A DNA stretch of 64,000 nucleotides from contig CAVXRV010000002.1 in assembly GCA_963764275.1 (NCBI GenBank), forward strand, positions 158,799-222,798, in the 5' to 3' direction. The stretch comes from an uncultured Solirubrobacterales bacterium. GTDB lineage: Bacteria > Actinomycetota > Thermoleophilia > Solirubrobacterales > 70-9. Positions within the stretch are counted from its first letter, which is position 1. Every line of letters starts with the position of its first letter. Below the pieces are notes generated by a model. That model saw only the letters and a program-made list of their open reading frames with translations, had not been told where the DNA came from and ran no database searches. This document shows positions 21,281-31,340 of this stretch, in pieces. The position numbers and the translations under genes were made by a program.

Positions 21281-23352
21281 ATGCCGAAAGGGGACCGGCG
21301 GGCCGCTGCCCGGCGCCTGAACATCAGCCTGGGCGCGATCGTCGCCGTCACCGCCGCGTTGGCGCTGGCGCAGCCCGCCGCCGCGCCGCGCCGCCGACGA
21401 GCGTCTTCGGCGGCAAGGTCCCCTGCACGCAGAAGCTCGACGGCGTCACCTACTGCAACGCCGAGCCGCGCAGCACGGTTCCCGCCTGGGACGGCGTCCC
21501 GATCGACGTCGACGCGGCCTTCCCCTCGCAGGCGAAGTTCGGTCCCGGCCCCTACCCGCTGATCATGATGTTCCACGGCTACGGCGGCCACAAGATCGGA
21601 CCTCGGCAGGACATGCAGCCGCTGGCTCGACCGCGGCTTCGCGACCTTCTCGATGACCGACCGCGGCTTCCACGAGTCGTGCGGCTCGGCCGCCTCCCGG
21701 GCGGCCGCCGGCTCCGCCTGCGACGACGGCTACATCCGCCTGATCGACAACCGCTACGAGGTTCGCGACGCGCAGGAGTTCGCCGGGCAGCTCGCCGACG
21801 AGGGCCTGGTCGAGCCGCAGAAGATCGGCGCCGTCGGCGGCTCCTACGGGGGCGGCATGTCGATGGCGCTGGGCGCCCTCCGCGATCGCATGGTCATGCC
21901 CGACTACAGCCTCGTCCCCTGGAAGAGCCCGGACGGCAAGCCGATGCGGATCGCCGCCGCGGCGCCGGACATCCCCTGGACCGACCTCTCGTACTCGCTC
22001 GTCCCGAACGGCGAGCACGCTCGACTACGTCGCCGACGCCCCCTACACCGGGCCGCGTCGGGGTCGAGAAGCAGTCGCTGGTCACCGGCCTCTACTACAC
22101 GGGCTCGGACCGCGCCGGGCATCTACGCGCCGCTCGGCAGCGACCCGACCGCCGACATCATCGGCTGGCACGACCGGCTCGAGCGCGGGTGAGCCGTACG
22201 GCGCCGACGCGCAGGCGATCGTCGACGAGATCAGCCAGCACCACTCCTCGTACGCGATCGATCACTCCGAGCCGCCGGCGCCGATGCTGATGTCGAGCGG
22301 TTTCACCGATGACCTGTTCCCGGCCGACGAGACGATCCGCTACTACAACCGGACCAAGACCCAGTACCCGGACGACTCGCACCTGGCGCTCTTCTACGGC
22401 GACTTCGGCCACCCGCGGGCCCAGAACAAGGACGACGTGGTCGACCGCGCTCGACGCCGCTCCGAGAACAAGTGGATGGACTACTGCGCTGCAGGGCAAG
22501 GGCGATCCGCCGCCGCGAGGGCGTGACCGCGTTCACCGAGACGTGTCCGAAGGACGCGCCCTCCGGCGGGCCCTACCGGCCCCCACCTGGGCGAAGATGG
22601 CGAAGGGCGAGATCCGCTACGGCTCCGCCGGCGCGCAGACGATCGCGGCCGACGGCGGCGATCAGAGCGTCGCCGCCGCCTTCAACCCGGTTCGCGGCGA
22701 CGCCTGCGCGACCGCGTCCGGCGCCGACGAGCCCGGCACCGCCAACTACCGGCTCGATGCGGCCCCCGACGGCGGCTACACGCTGATGGGCTCGGCGACG
22801 GTGATCGCGAAGTTCAGCTTCGACGGCGATACCTCGCAGGTCGCCGCGCGGCTGCTCGACGTCGGCCCCGACGGCAAGGAGACGCTCGTCTCCCGCGGCC
22901 TGTGGCGGCCGCAGGCGGACGGTCTCGAAGCAGGTCTTCCAGCTGCATCCGAACGGCTGGCACTTCGACGCCGGCCACGTCGCGAAGCTCGAGCTGCTGC
23001 CCGTCCGACTACGACAACGGCGATCGCCGGCGGCTACGGCCGGCCCTCGAACGGCCAGCAGGCGGTCACGGTCTCGAAGACCTCGAGCTGCGGCTGCCGG
23101 TGCGTCGAGAAGCCGGGCGCGCTCGACGGCCTGGTCGGCGCGGCGGCAGCGCCCGTTCGTGCCGGAGGGCTACGAGCTCGCGGCCGACGTCGCGGCGCTC
23201 AAGAACCGCTGCCCGCGCCTCGTGACCCGCAAGGTCAAGCGCGCCGGGCACAAGAAGCTGCTGGTCAAGGTCAAGTGCCCGAATGCGTTCGAATCCTGCC
23301 ACGGGATCGAGGTCGACGGCTACAAGGCCGGCACAAGATCGCCAAGGGCTAG
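21281..23352 (+). pseudogene. secreted CocE/NonD-type (S15-like) alpha/beta hydrolase, several frame changes as written
   Basis: ATG 21281 follows AGGAGGAGAG, and a signal peptide is present. Segments are spread over track ORFs 20831..21562, 21653..22192 (nucleophile elbow VGGSYGGGMS), 22284..22526, 22309..23352 and 23159..23389. The basic C-terminal tail (KLKLKLNRRGRKVL) may continue to about 23528. Confidence 0.65.
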
Positions 23353-23560
23353 CTCGGCGAGCTCGCCGGCGGCGGCTCCCAGAAGCTGAAGTTGAAGCTG
23401 AACCGCCGCGGGCGCAAGGTCCTGCACCAGCGCAAGCGGCCGAAGCTGAAGCTGAAGATCTGCTCGAGATGGCGAGACCAGCGCAGGCCGGGCAAGCAAG
23501 AACCGCACGCACGTCCGGCAAGAAGTGAACTGAGCGCGGGGACGCGGGCGGCGGCGGCGC

Positions 23561-25441
23561 CTACCACGCGCCGCCGCCTCCGCCGCCGGAGAAGCCGCCA
23601 CCGCCGCCGGAGAAGCCGCCACCGCCGCTGCTCGAGCTCGACTCCGGCGCGACCTGGCTGGAGAAGCCGGAGGAGAACGAGTTGAAGCTCGCGTTCCAGG
23701 CGCCGCCGTAGAGGGCGAAGGCGGTCCAGCTGCCGGTGTTCGTCGCCTCCTGACCGACCGGCGCCGGGATCCGGCCCGACTTCGCGACCTTCTCGGCGGT
23801 GCCGAACGCCACCGCGTAGACGAGGATCTGCCGCCACAGCTTCAGGGTCGCCGGTGGATCGTCGTCGAGGCGGGGGAAGTCGTCCGTCCAGCGCCGGAAC
23901 GAGGCCCAGCGGGCGCCGCGCTCGCGGTCGTCGGCGCTGAGCCGCTTGTAGACGGTCCCCGGCAGCAGGAAGATGAACAGCATCCCGGCACCGTCGCGGC
24001 GGCGGGGATCGCGGGCCAGTCGGTGCGGGCGAAGTAGAGGAGACCGAGCAGCGACGTAGCCGGCGAGCGCGATCAGCGCGATCAGCAGGCGCCAGTCTGG
24101 TGAGGTCGCGGTCCCAGCCGATCTTGCCCTCGTCGGCCTGATCGAGCTCGTTCCGGAGGCCCTGCCAGCGGGTGCGCCAGGTCGACGAGTGCTCGGGGAT
24201 CTCGTCCTTGAGCTTGCCGAGGGCGACCGTCTTGCCGCCGAGCAGGTCGTCGAAGAACTTCATCGCGGTCTGCTCGTAGTCCTCGAGCGCCGCCGGTCGT
24301 CAGGCCGGTCCGCCGGCACCGACAGCTCCAGGTCGAGGTCGTCGTCCTGGGTCGCGCTTGGCCTCGTAGAAGCCGCGGTCGACGAGGCTGAGCAGCGTCG
24401 CGAGCACGACCCGGTCGTCGTACTCGCCCTCGGTCGCTAGGGCGTAGGCGAGCGCCGGCGGCACGTCCTCGGGCGGCTCGGTCAGGTACCGGGGGACGGA
24501 GGTCGGGCGCTCGCGGGCGGGAGCGCCAGGAGCAGCGAGAGCCCGACGACGAGCAGCGGTCCAGAGCCCGAAGATCGCCAGCGTGGTCGAAGACCACGTT
24601 CTGCCCGTTCGTCCAGGCGCTCGTGTCGTCGAGACCTCTGCTCCTGCGCGTCGACCTTGTCGGCGCCGTTGCCGCTTGCCGGCCCGCGCGCCGCGGCGAG
24701 CTGCGCATCGCGCGCGGGGCACCAGCGCCCGGAAGACGACGTTCGTGTCCCTCCTCCACCCGCCGGGCGGAGAAGGACGCTTGCCCGCCGTCGATCTCGG
24801 GGTCGGCGCCGAGCGCGCGGGTCCCGTCGTCGCAGTGCTGATTGCGCAGAAGGCTCGAGACCCAGGCCTCGGTCGGGTCGGTTCCGTCGGGCGTCGTGAT
24901 CTGGCGCCGAGAGGTCGTCGAGCCAGAACTTCCACTGATCGCCCCAGACCGTCCAGCCGACGTCGAGCACGTCGGCGTAGGCGGTGACCGCGTCCGTGAC
25001 GTCGTAGCTGAGCCGGTAGGTGGTCGCCGCATCGGTCGGCGCGTAGTGCCAGACGATGCGCTCGAACTGCGGATGCTGCTCGACCCCGAAGGAGTCCGGG
25101 CCGGTCGGAGGACCCGAGTGCGGTGTTGCCGCCCGGGCTGTAGTCCCGGCCGCCCTGCGAGACCGGGACGTCGGCTGATCCGCGCCCCCTCGTTGAGCGG
25201 GATGTCGCGGTAAGCGCCGGTGAACGTGCCGCCGTGGTAGACGAAGTCGAGGCTCTCGGTGACCCGCAGGCTCGAGTCGGGCTGCAGCTCCACGCGGGTG
25301 TTCGCCTCGGTGATGTCGAAGTCCTTGTTCGTGCCCTCGCTCGGGATCCACAGCGTGGGGAGGACCAGCGAGCACGCCGAGCACGATGGCGACGACCGCC
25401 AGCCGCCAGAGGACCTTCCAGATCAACGAGCCGATGCTCAC
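23561..25441 (-). pseudogene. DUF2207 domain membrane protein (LemA partner), several frame changes as written
   Basis: GTG 25441 forms a GTGA junction with the apparent LemA stop. The N-terminal TM is followed by LRVTESLDFVYHGGTFTGAYRDIPL (DUF2207-like). The C-terminal piece (ORF 23561..23983) ends in the typical Gly-rich tail GGGGFSGGGGGFSGGGGGGAW. Confidence 0.7.
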
Positions 25442-26017
25442 GTCGCGGCCGCCGGCGGCGCCGATGCAGACCGTCGGTGCGATCTGGGAGCCGGCGCCGG
25501 CCTCGAAGAACTCACGTCGCTGGAAGCGGAAACCATCGGCGACCAGGTTCGAGGGGAAGACCTGGATCTTCGTGTTGTAGGTCTGGACCGTGTCGTTGTA
25601 GACGCGGCGCGTGATCGAGATCTTCTCCTCGACGGAGGAGAGCTCGGTCTGCAGGCGCTGGAAGTTCTCCGTCGCCCGCAGCTGCGGGTAGTCCTCGGCG
25701 ACCGCGAGCATGCGGCCGATGCCGCCGCCGAATCGCGCCTCGGCGGTGCCGCGCTCGGCGGGGCCGGCCTCGTCGGCGCCGACCGCCTCGGTCCGCAGCT
25801 CGGTCACCTGGCTCAGGGTCTCGCGCTCGTGCTCGGCGTAGCCGCTCACGGCCGAGACCAGCTTCGGGATCAGATCGTGGCGCAGCTTCAGCGCCACGTC
25901 GATCTGCGACCACGAGTTCTCGCAGGCCAGCCGGAGCGCCACGAGCCGGTTGTAGGTGAGCCAGACGAAGGCGCCGGCGGCGACGATCAGGACGACGATG
26001 ACGATGAGGACGATCAC
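25438..26017 (-). CDS. lemA: LemA family protein (3' end off by one indel)
   Basis: GTG 26017, an N-terminal TM (IVLIVIVVLIVAAGAFVWL) and the motifs YNRLVALR, WSQIDVALKLRHDLIPKLV, ISITRRVYNDTVQTYN. As written there is no in-frame stop and the ORF runs on to 24482. A TGA at 25438-25440 in the +1 frame overlaps the GTG of the next gene. Confidence 0.85.
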
Positions 26018-26158
26018 GGTTGCGGAGCGGTCTCTTACCGGAAGCGATCCGCCGGTGTGAGCCTATCGTGCGTGAGGGCGCCCACACAGCGCGGCGAGCT
26101 GCCCAAAGACGCGTCCTTTTCGGGTAGGTTCCCAACGTCTCAACCCGAGGAGTGCGCA

Positions 26159-26545
26159 TTGGATTCCAGTCAGCTCAAGAGGTTCTCGCTGTTCGAGGGT
26201 GTCCCCGAGGAAAGCCTCGCGAAGATCGCCCCGTTCACGCAGCTCGTCGAGTTCCCCGAGGGCAAGGTGATCATCCAGGAGGGCGGGTTCGCAAACGACT
26301 TCTTCTGCATCGACGAGGGGACGGTCAAGGTCGAAAGGGCGGGCGAGGAGCTCGCCACGCTCGGGCCGGGCGACGTCTTCGGCGAGCAGGGCCTGCTCGA
26401 GAAGCAGGAGCGCTCTGCCTCGGTGATCGCGACCTCGGTCGTGCGCGCCCTGAAGATCGAGCACTGGGAGCTCTCGCGCATGCGCAAGGCGATGCCCGAG
26501 GTCGTCGACAAGCTCGTCAAGACGGTCGAGGAGCGCACGAGCTGA
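26159..26545 (+). CDS. cyclic-nucleotide-binding (cNMP/CAP effector) single-domain protein
   Basis: TTG 26159 lies 7 nt after CGAGGAG. FSLFEGVPEESL, FPEGKVIIQEGGFANDFFCIDEGTVKV, GPGDVFGEQGLL and RSASVIA are typical of the cNMP-binding fold. Confidence 0.8.
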   Translation: MDSSQLKRFSLFEGVPEESLAKIAPFTQLVEFPEGKVIIQEGGFANDFFCIDEGTVKVERAGEELATLGPGDVFGEQGLLEKQERSASVIATSVVRALKIEHWELSRMRKAMPEVVDKLVKTVEERTS

Positions 26546-26595
26546 GTCGTCCTCCGGTGCGGCCCGCGGCGGCCGCGATCTGAACTAGACTGGCC

Positions 26596-26780
26596 GCGTC
26601 CATAACGGTCGGTGTTCAGGGAAGTCCGGTGTGAAGCCGGCGCGGTCCCGCCACTGTGACCGGGTGAGTTCGCTGCACGCGTAGCCGCCTCCGCCGTGAG
26701 AGCGGCCGCAGCCACTGGGAGCCCGACGGGCCCCGGGAAGGCGCGGCGGAAATACCCGTAAGCCAGGAGACCCGGCGTCG
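26596..26780 (+). promoter_or_regulatory. cobalamin (B12) riboswitch
   Basis: The conserved core reads AGGGAAGTCCGGTGTGAAGCCGGCGCGGTCCCGCCACTGT (26618-26657). It is followed by GCCACTGGGAG...CCGGGAAGGC and the B12 box AGCCAGGAGACCCGGC (26761-26776). It ends about 35 nt before ATG 26815, whose GGAAAGGG Shine-Dalgarno follows. Confidence 0.85.
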
Positions 26781-26814
26781 GCCCAGCTGAAAACCCTCGA
26801 GGAAAGGGTGGCTC

Positions 26815-27810
26815 ATGTCCACACACTCCCCGCGGCTGCGCCGGCTTCTGCCGTGCCTCGCAGCAGCGCTCCTGACGATGATGGCCGCGGCGTCGGCCGA
26901 GGCCTCCGAACACCGCGTCGGCGCCGACCTTCGCGTCGTCGACTCGCACGGCAAGACCCTCGTCGACCAGCGGCAATACACCGGCACGGCCCGGATCAAG
27001 ACCTCCCGCAAGGCGGACTGCTTCGGGCAGGGCACCGGCGGCTCCGGTGCCAGGGTCAAGGTGCCGGGGCCGACCGCGCTCGGCATCGTCGCCGATGCCT
27101 CCACCTACCAGCGGAAGCTGCGCCCCCTGCGGATCACCGATTCGTTCGACTTCGGGCTCGGCGTCTGCGGCTTCGGCCACGCCGTCGCGCCGTCGACGGG
27201 CTACTGGTACCTGAAGCAGAACCACGTCGGCTCGCAGACGGGCGGCGATCAGACGAAGGTGCATCGCGGCGATCAGATCCTCTGGTACCTGATCACCGAC
27301 TACAACGACCCCACGCCCGACGAGCTCGAGATCCGCGCGCCCGCGAAGGTCAAGCGCGGGCAGCGGATCCCCGTCAAGGTGACCGCCTACGACGACAGCG
27401 GCAAGCGGACCCCGGCTGCCGGCGCGAAGATCGCCGGCACGAACATCGTCACCGGCGCCGACGGCAAGGCCAGCGTGCCGATCCGGGGCGCCGAGACGCG
27501 CCTGCACGCCGTCCGTGACGGGGCCATTCCCTCGCCCGTCGTCAAGGTCTGCGAGAAGGGGGTCGGCGGAAGGTGCCCGAAGGGTCACGAGCTCAAGGTC
27601 CGGGGAACGGACGGCCGCGACCACATCCGCAGCAGCAAGCGACCGACCGTGATCGACGCCTTCCGCGGTCGCGACGTGATCAACGTCAAGCCCTCGCGGA
27701 GCTCGGCGCCCCCGATCGTCAAGTGCGGCCCGGGCAAGGACGTCGTCAAGGCCCGGCGCCACCAGAAGGTCGTCGCCCGCCGCAGCTGCGAGCGGATCAA
27801 GCGGCACTGA
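26815..27810 (+). CDS. secreted DUF4430-domain protein with Ig-like middle and basic Cys-containing C-terminal region
   Basis: Signal peptide LLPCLAAALLTMMAAASAEA. DUF4430-like segment GYWYLKQNHVGSQTGGDQTKVHRGDQILWYL. First ORF after the riboswitch. Confidence 0.7.
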   Translation: MSTHSPRLRRLLPCLAAALLTMMAAASAEASEHRVGADLRVVDSHGKTLVDQRQYTGTARIKTSRKADCFGQGTGGSGARVKVPGPTALGIVADASTYQRKLRPLRITDSFDFGLGVCGFGHAVAPSTGYWYLKQNHVGSQTGGDQTKVHRGDQILWYLITDYNDPTPDELEIRAPAKVKRGQRIPVKVTAYDDSGKRTPAAGAKIAGTNIVTGADGKASVPIRGAETRLHAVRDGAIPSPVVKVCEKGVGGRCPKGHELKVRGTDGRDHIRSSKRPTVIDAFRGRDVINVKPSRSSAPPIVKCGPGKDVVKARRHQKVVARRSCERIKRH

Positions 27811-27811
27811 C

Positions 27812-28213
27812 GTGACCGGCGCCCGCACACTCGCGGTCGCGGCGGCGGGCATGCTCGCCGCCGTGATCGCGGGTTGCGGGTTCGGCGCCGGGCCCAGCAG
27901 CGAGGGGACGGCGACCCTGCGCGTGACGCGCGACTTCGGCGACAAGCTTCTGGCCGAGGCCACCGACACCGACCCGCCCGCCTCCGAGACCGTGGCCCGG
28001 TTCCTCGACCGCGAGGCTGACATCAAGACGAGCTACGGCGGCAACTTCATCGACTCGATCGACGGGGTCGCGGGCAACGCGATCGTCTCCGGCCGCAGCT
28101 ACGACTGGTTCTTCTACGTGAACGGCTACTGGTCGCCGATCGGCGCCGGAGAGGCCCAAGTCCATCCCGGCGATGCGATCTGGTGGGACTACCGCGACTG
28201 GAGCAGCGCCTAG
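27812..28213 (+). CDS. DUF4430 lipoprotein (transcobalamin beta-domain-like fold)
   Basis: GTG 27812 is 1 nt after the upstream TGA. The lipobox is AAVIAGC. The canonical DUF4430 ending is DWFFYVNGYWSPIGAGEAQVHPGDAIWWDY. It terminates at an in-frame TAG (28211-28213). Confidence 0.8.
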   Translation: MTGARTLAVAAAGMLAAVIAGCGFGAGPSSEGTATLRVTRDFGDKLLAEATDTDPPASETVARFLDREADIKTSYGGNFIDSIDGVAGNAIVSGRSYDWFFYVNGYWSPIGAGEAQVHPGDAIWWDYRDWSSA

Positions 28214-28216
28214 CGC

Positions 28217-28798
28217 GTGCCGGCGGTGGTCGGCTCCTGGCCGGAGCCGTTCCGCAGCGGCTACGACGGCAAGCGCCGCCCGACCGAGCTCACCTGCATG
28301 AGCGGTCGCGACGACGCCTGCGCGGAAACGGAGAAAGCCCTGCGTGACGCGGGGGCCGATCTCTCGGTCGCCAAGGGCACGGTCCCGCGGGCCGATCCCG
28401 GCTCGGAGCTGCGCGTGCTGGTCGGCAGCTGGGCCGATGTCCGCTCCGATCGCACCGCGCGCGAGCTCGAGCAGGGGCCGGGGACGAGCGGCGTCTACGC
28501 CAAGCCGCGCGAATGCGACGGAGGCTGGGGGCTGGAGCTGCTCGGCGCCGACGGCGGCACCGAGGGCGAGGCCGCAGTCGCGGGTTGGGTTGCCGCGACG
28601 CAGCGCGGCGACGAGCAGCCCACATGGGTGGTCTCCGGCACGGACGCCGCCGAGGCGGCGGATGCGGCCGCGCTGCTCGGCGGGGACGGGCTGCGCGACC
28701 ACTACGCGGTGGCGACGGCCGCGGGCGCGGCGACCCCGCTGCCGGCCCAGGGACCCGTCGCGGGCGCATCCGCGGGATCCTGCGGGGGGAACGGATGA
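28217..28798 (+). CDS. hypothetical protein, same frame as the preceding DUF4430 ORF
   Basis: GTG 28217 is only one codon after TAG 28211-28213 and in the same frame. The 193-aa product has no recognisable family. Its stop overlaps the next start (ATGA 28795). Confidence 0.45.
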   Translation: MPAVVGSWPEPFRSGYDGKRRPTELTCMSGRDDACAETEKALRDAGADLSVAKGTVPRADPGSELRVLVGSWADVRSDRTARELEQGPGTSGVYAKPRECDGGWGLELLGADGGTEGEAAVAGWVAATQRGDEQPTWVVSGTDAAEAADAAALLGGDGLRDHYAVATAAGAATPLPAQGPVAGASAGSCGGNG

Positions 28799-29709
28799 GG
28801 GCGGCGCTCGCATACTCGCCGCGACCGGGACCGCTCGGCCGCGCCCGCCCGCTCGTCGCCGCCGTCTACCTGATGCCGCTGGCGGCGATCGCGTTCAGCT
28901 TCTCGAGCCCGCTCGTGCTGCTCGCCGCCGGTGCCGCGGCGCTGCTTGCAGCCGCCGCCTCGGGTGCCCTCCGGCCGGCGCTGGCGCCGCTCCGCTACGG
29001 GGTCGTGTTGGCCGCGACGGTCATCGCCGTCAACGCGCTGGTCACCGACCGCGGCGAGACGATCCTCTTCCGCGGTGGGCAGGTGCCGCTGCTCGGCCGC
29101 GTGGACGTCACGCTCGAGGCGCTCGCCGAGGGCGGGATCCTCGCCCTGAGGATCCTGGTCGCGCTCGCGATCTTCGCGGTCTGGTCGGCCTGCGTGGACC
29201 CCGATCGGATCCTGAAGGCGGTGCGCCCGTTCGCCGCCCGCTCGGCGATCACCGCGACGCTGATCTCGCGCCTGGTGCCGCTCGCGGCGGCGGACTCGAT
29301 GCGCCTGCAGGAGGCCGCCTCGCTGCGCGGGCCCGCGGCCGCGCCGGTCTCGCGCGGAGCCCTGGCGCGCCGGCTCGTCGCCGGCTCGCTCGACCGCTCG
29401 GTCGACGTCGCGGCGACGCTCGAGCTGCGCGGCTTCGGGCTGCCCGGCCGCCCGGCACGGGTCCGCTACCGACGCGTTCCGGGCGAGCTGACGATGGCGT
29501 TGGTCGGGGCCGCAACGGCCGCGGCGGCGATCGCGGCGGGGGGCGCGGGCGTGGGCGCGATCGACGTCTACCCGACGATCTCCGGCGGCCTCGAGCCGGG
29601 CACGGTGGCCTTCGCGGCCGCGCTGCCGCTGCTCGCGGCGCTGCCGTTCTGCTCGCGGCGCGAGCTGCGCCGGCTGCGGGCGGAGCGCGAGCGGGGGAGG
29701 GCGCGATGA
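28795..29709 (+). CDS. ecfT: energy-coupling factor transporter transmembrane (T) component, CbiQ/EcfT family
   Basis: ATG 28795 lies within track ORF 28513..29709. It is a multi-TM protein with the C-terminal coupling-helix region ARRLVAGSLDRSVDVAATLELRGF, typical of EcfT. Confidence 0.85.
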   Translation: MRAALAYSPRPGPLGRARPLVAAVYLMPLAAIAFSFSSPLVLLAAGAAALLAAAASGALRPALAPLRYGVVLAATVIAVNALVTDRGETILFRGGQVPLLGRVDVTLEALAEGGILALRILVALAIFAVWSACVDPDRILKAVRPFAARSAITATLISRLVPLAAADSMRLQEAASLRGPAAAPVSRGALARRLVAGSLDRSVDVAATLELRGFGLPGRPARVRYRRVPGELTMALVGAATAAAAIAAGGAGVGAIDVYPTISGGLEPGTVAFAAALPLLAALPFCSRRELRRLRAERERGRAR

Positions 29710-31340
29710 GGCCCCCGGTGCTGAGCTGCCGCGGGCTCGCCTACCGCTATCCGGGCGCCGCGGCGACCGCGCTCGGGCCGCTCGATTTGGAGCTGCCCGA
29801 GGGCGAGTTCGTCGTCCTCGCCGGTCGCTCGGGCTCGGGCAAGTCGACGCTGCTGCGCGCCGCCTGCGGGCTCGTGCCCCACTTCCACGGCGGCCGCTTC
29901 GAGGGCGAGGTCATCGTCGACGGCCGCAGCACCCGCGATGCGGGCCCCGCCGAGCTCGCCGTGAACGTCGGCTTCGTCGCGCAGGAGCCGGAGTCGCAGG
30001 TGGTGTCGACGACGGTCCGGGCCGAGCTCGAGCTGCCGCTCGAGCTGCGTGGCCGCGGGCCGGACGAGACCGCCCGGGCGGTCGAGGAGGTGGCGCTCGC
30101 GCTCGGCGTCGAGGGGCTGCTCGACCGCACCACGGACACGCTCTCCGGCGGCGAGCTGCAGCGGGTCGCGATCGGCGCCGCGCTCGTCACCCGGCCGCCG
30201 TTGCTGCTGCTCGACGAGCCGACATCGCAGCTCGACCCCGTCGCGGGCGATGAGCTGATCGGTCTGCTGCGGCGCCTCAACGAGGAGTGGGGGGTGACGA
30301 TCGTGCTCGGCGAGCACCGGCTCGAGCGCTGCCTGCCGGCGGCCGACCGGGTGATCGCGCTCGAGCGCGGCCTGATCGCCTACGACGGCGAACGAGCCGG
30401 CTTCGGAGCCTTCGCCACCGGCTCTGCGCCCTGGCTGGCAACGCCCGGGATGCAGCTGTTCGAGCTCGCCGGTCTCGCCGAGCGGCCGACCTCGGTCAAG
30501 CAGGCGCGGGCGTTGCTCGCGGGGCGTGAGGGGTCGGCCACGGCCGACCGTCCCCGGGGCGGCGGAGGCCGGCGGCACCCCCACGGAGGCCCCCGCGGCG
30601 CTGCTCACGCGCGATCTGCGCGTCGAGCTCGACGCGGGGACCGGGCCGCGCGAGGTCCTCGCCGGCGTCGAGATGCGCCTCGGGGCGGGAGAGGTCGTGG
30701 CCCTCGTCGGGCCCAACGGCGCCGGCAAGAGCACGTTGCTGCGTACCGCCGCGGGGCTGCTCGAGCCCGCGGGCGGCACGATCGAGGTGCCGCGCGGGTG
30801 CGCTCTCGTCGGCCAGCGTCCCGACGATTACTTCGTTCGCGAGCGGATCGACGAGGAGCTGCCCGGGCCCGAGGGTGCCCTGGCCCTCGCAGCCGTCGGC
30901 CTCGACGTGGCCCGGGAGCGAGACCCGCGGGACCTCTCCGGCGGCGAGCGCCAGCGGCTCGCCCTCGCGATCGCGATGGCCGGTCGCGGCGCCGGCGGGG
31001 AGCCACCCGGCCTCGTCTGCTTCGACGAGCCGACGCGGGGTCTGGATCGGGAGCGCAAGGCGAAGCTCGTCGCGTGGCTGCAGGGGCTGGCCGCGGCCGG
31101 CGCCGCGGTGCTCGTCGCCACGCACGACGTCGAGTTCGCCGCCGCGTTGAGCGAACGGGTGGTGCTGCTCGGCCGCGGCCGGGTGCTCGCCGACGGGCCC
31201 ACGGGGCGGATGCTCGCCGGGGGCTGGTACTTCGCGACCGAGGTGGCCCGGATCACCGGCGGGCGGGCGATCACGCCCGCTCGGGAGCCGCCCTCTTCGC
31301 CGGGCGCGAGCCGGCAGCAGAGGCCGGAGGCCGGCGATGA
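29706..31340 (+). CDS. ecfA: ECF transporter ATPase, two tandem ABC domains (EcfA/EcfA'), frame changes near 30530 and 31270
   Basis: Domain 1 (frame of ATG 29706) has GRSGSGKST, LSGGELQR and LLLLDEPTSQLD. Domain 2 (frame of ORF 30526..33273) has GPNGAGKST, LSGGERQR and VCFDEPTRGLD. A GTGA at 30526-30529 could alternatively separate two genes. The terminal TGA 31338-31340 overlaps the next ATG. Confidence 0.85.
   Translation: MRPPVLSCRGLAYRYPGAAATALGPLDLELPEGEFVVLAGRSGSGKSTLLRAACGLVPHFHGGRFEGEVIVDGRSTRDAGPAELAVNVGFVAQEPESQVVSTTVRAELELPLELRGRGPDETARAVEEVALALGVEGLLDRTTDTLSGGELQRVAIGAALVTRPPLLLLDEPTSQLDPVAGDELIGLLRRLNEEWGVTIVLGEHRLERCLPAADRVIALERGLIAYDGERAGFGAFATGSAPWLATPGMQLFELAGLAERPTSVKQARALLAGREGSATADRPRGGGGRRHPHGGPRGAAHARSARRARRGDRAARGPRRRRDAPRGGRGRGPRRAQRRRQEHVAAYRRGAARARGRHDRGAARVRSRRPASRRLLRSRADRRGAARARGCPGPRSRRPRRGPGARPAGPLRRRAPAARPRDRDGRSRRRRGATRPRLLRRADAGSGSGAQGEARRVAAGAGRGRRRGARRHARRRVRRRVERTGGAARPRPGARRRAHGADARRGLVLRDRGGPDHRRAGDHARSGAALFAGREPAAEAGGRR

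Noticed and set aside
23280-23300. tRNA-like T-loop string GTTCGAATCC.
   Set aside because: It lies inside the hydrolase coding text (CPNAFESCHG), and no acceptor or anticodon stems can be drawn around it.
24482-26017. 511-aa LemA-DUF2207 fusion protein.
   Set aside because: A +1-frame TGA overlapping a GTG at 25438-25441 gives the usual two-gene arrangement. The fusion most likely results from a single indel.
28344-31340. 998-aa ORF (28344..31340) and 915-aa ORF (30526..33273) as giant proteins.
   Set aside because: Only the segments carrying ABC ATPase motifs are credible. The rest is out-of-frame read-through across neighbouring genes (the DUF4430/EcfT region and the 677-aa gene respectively).
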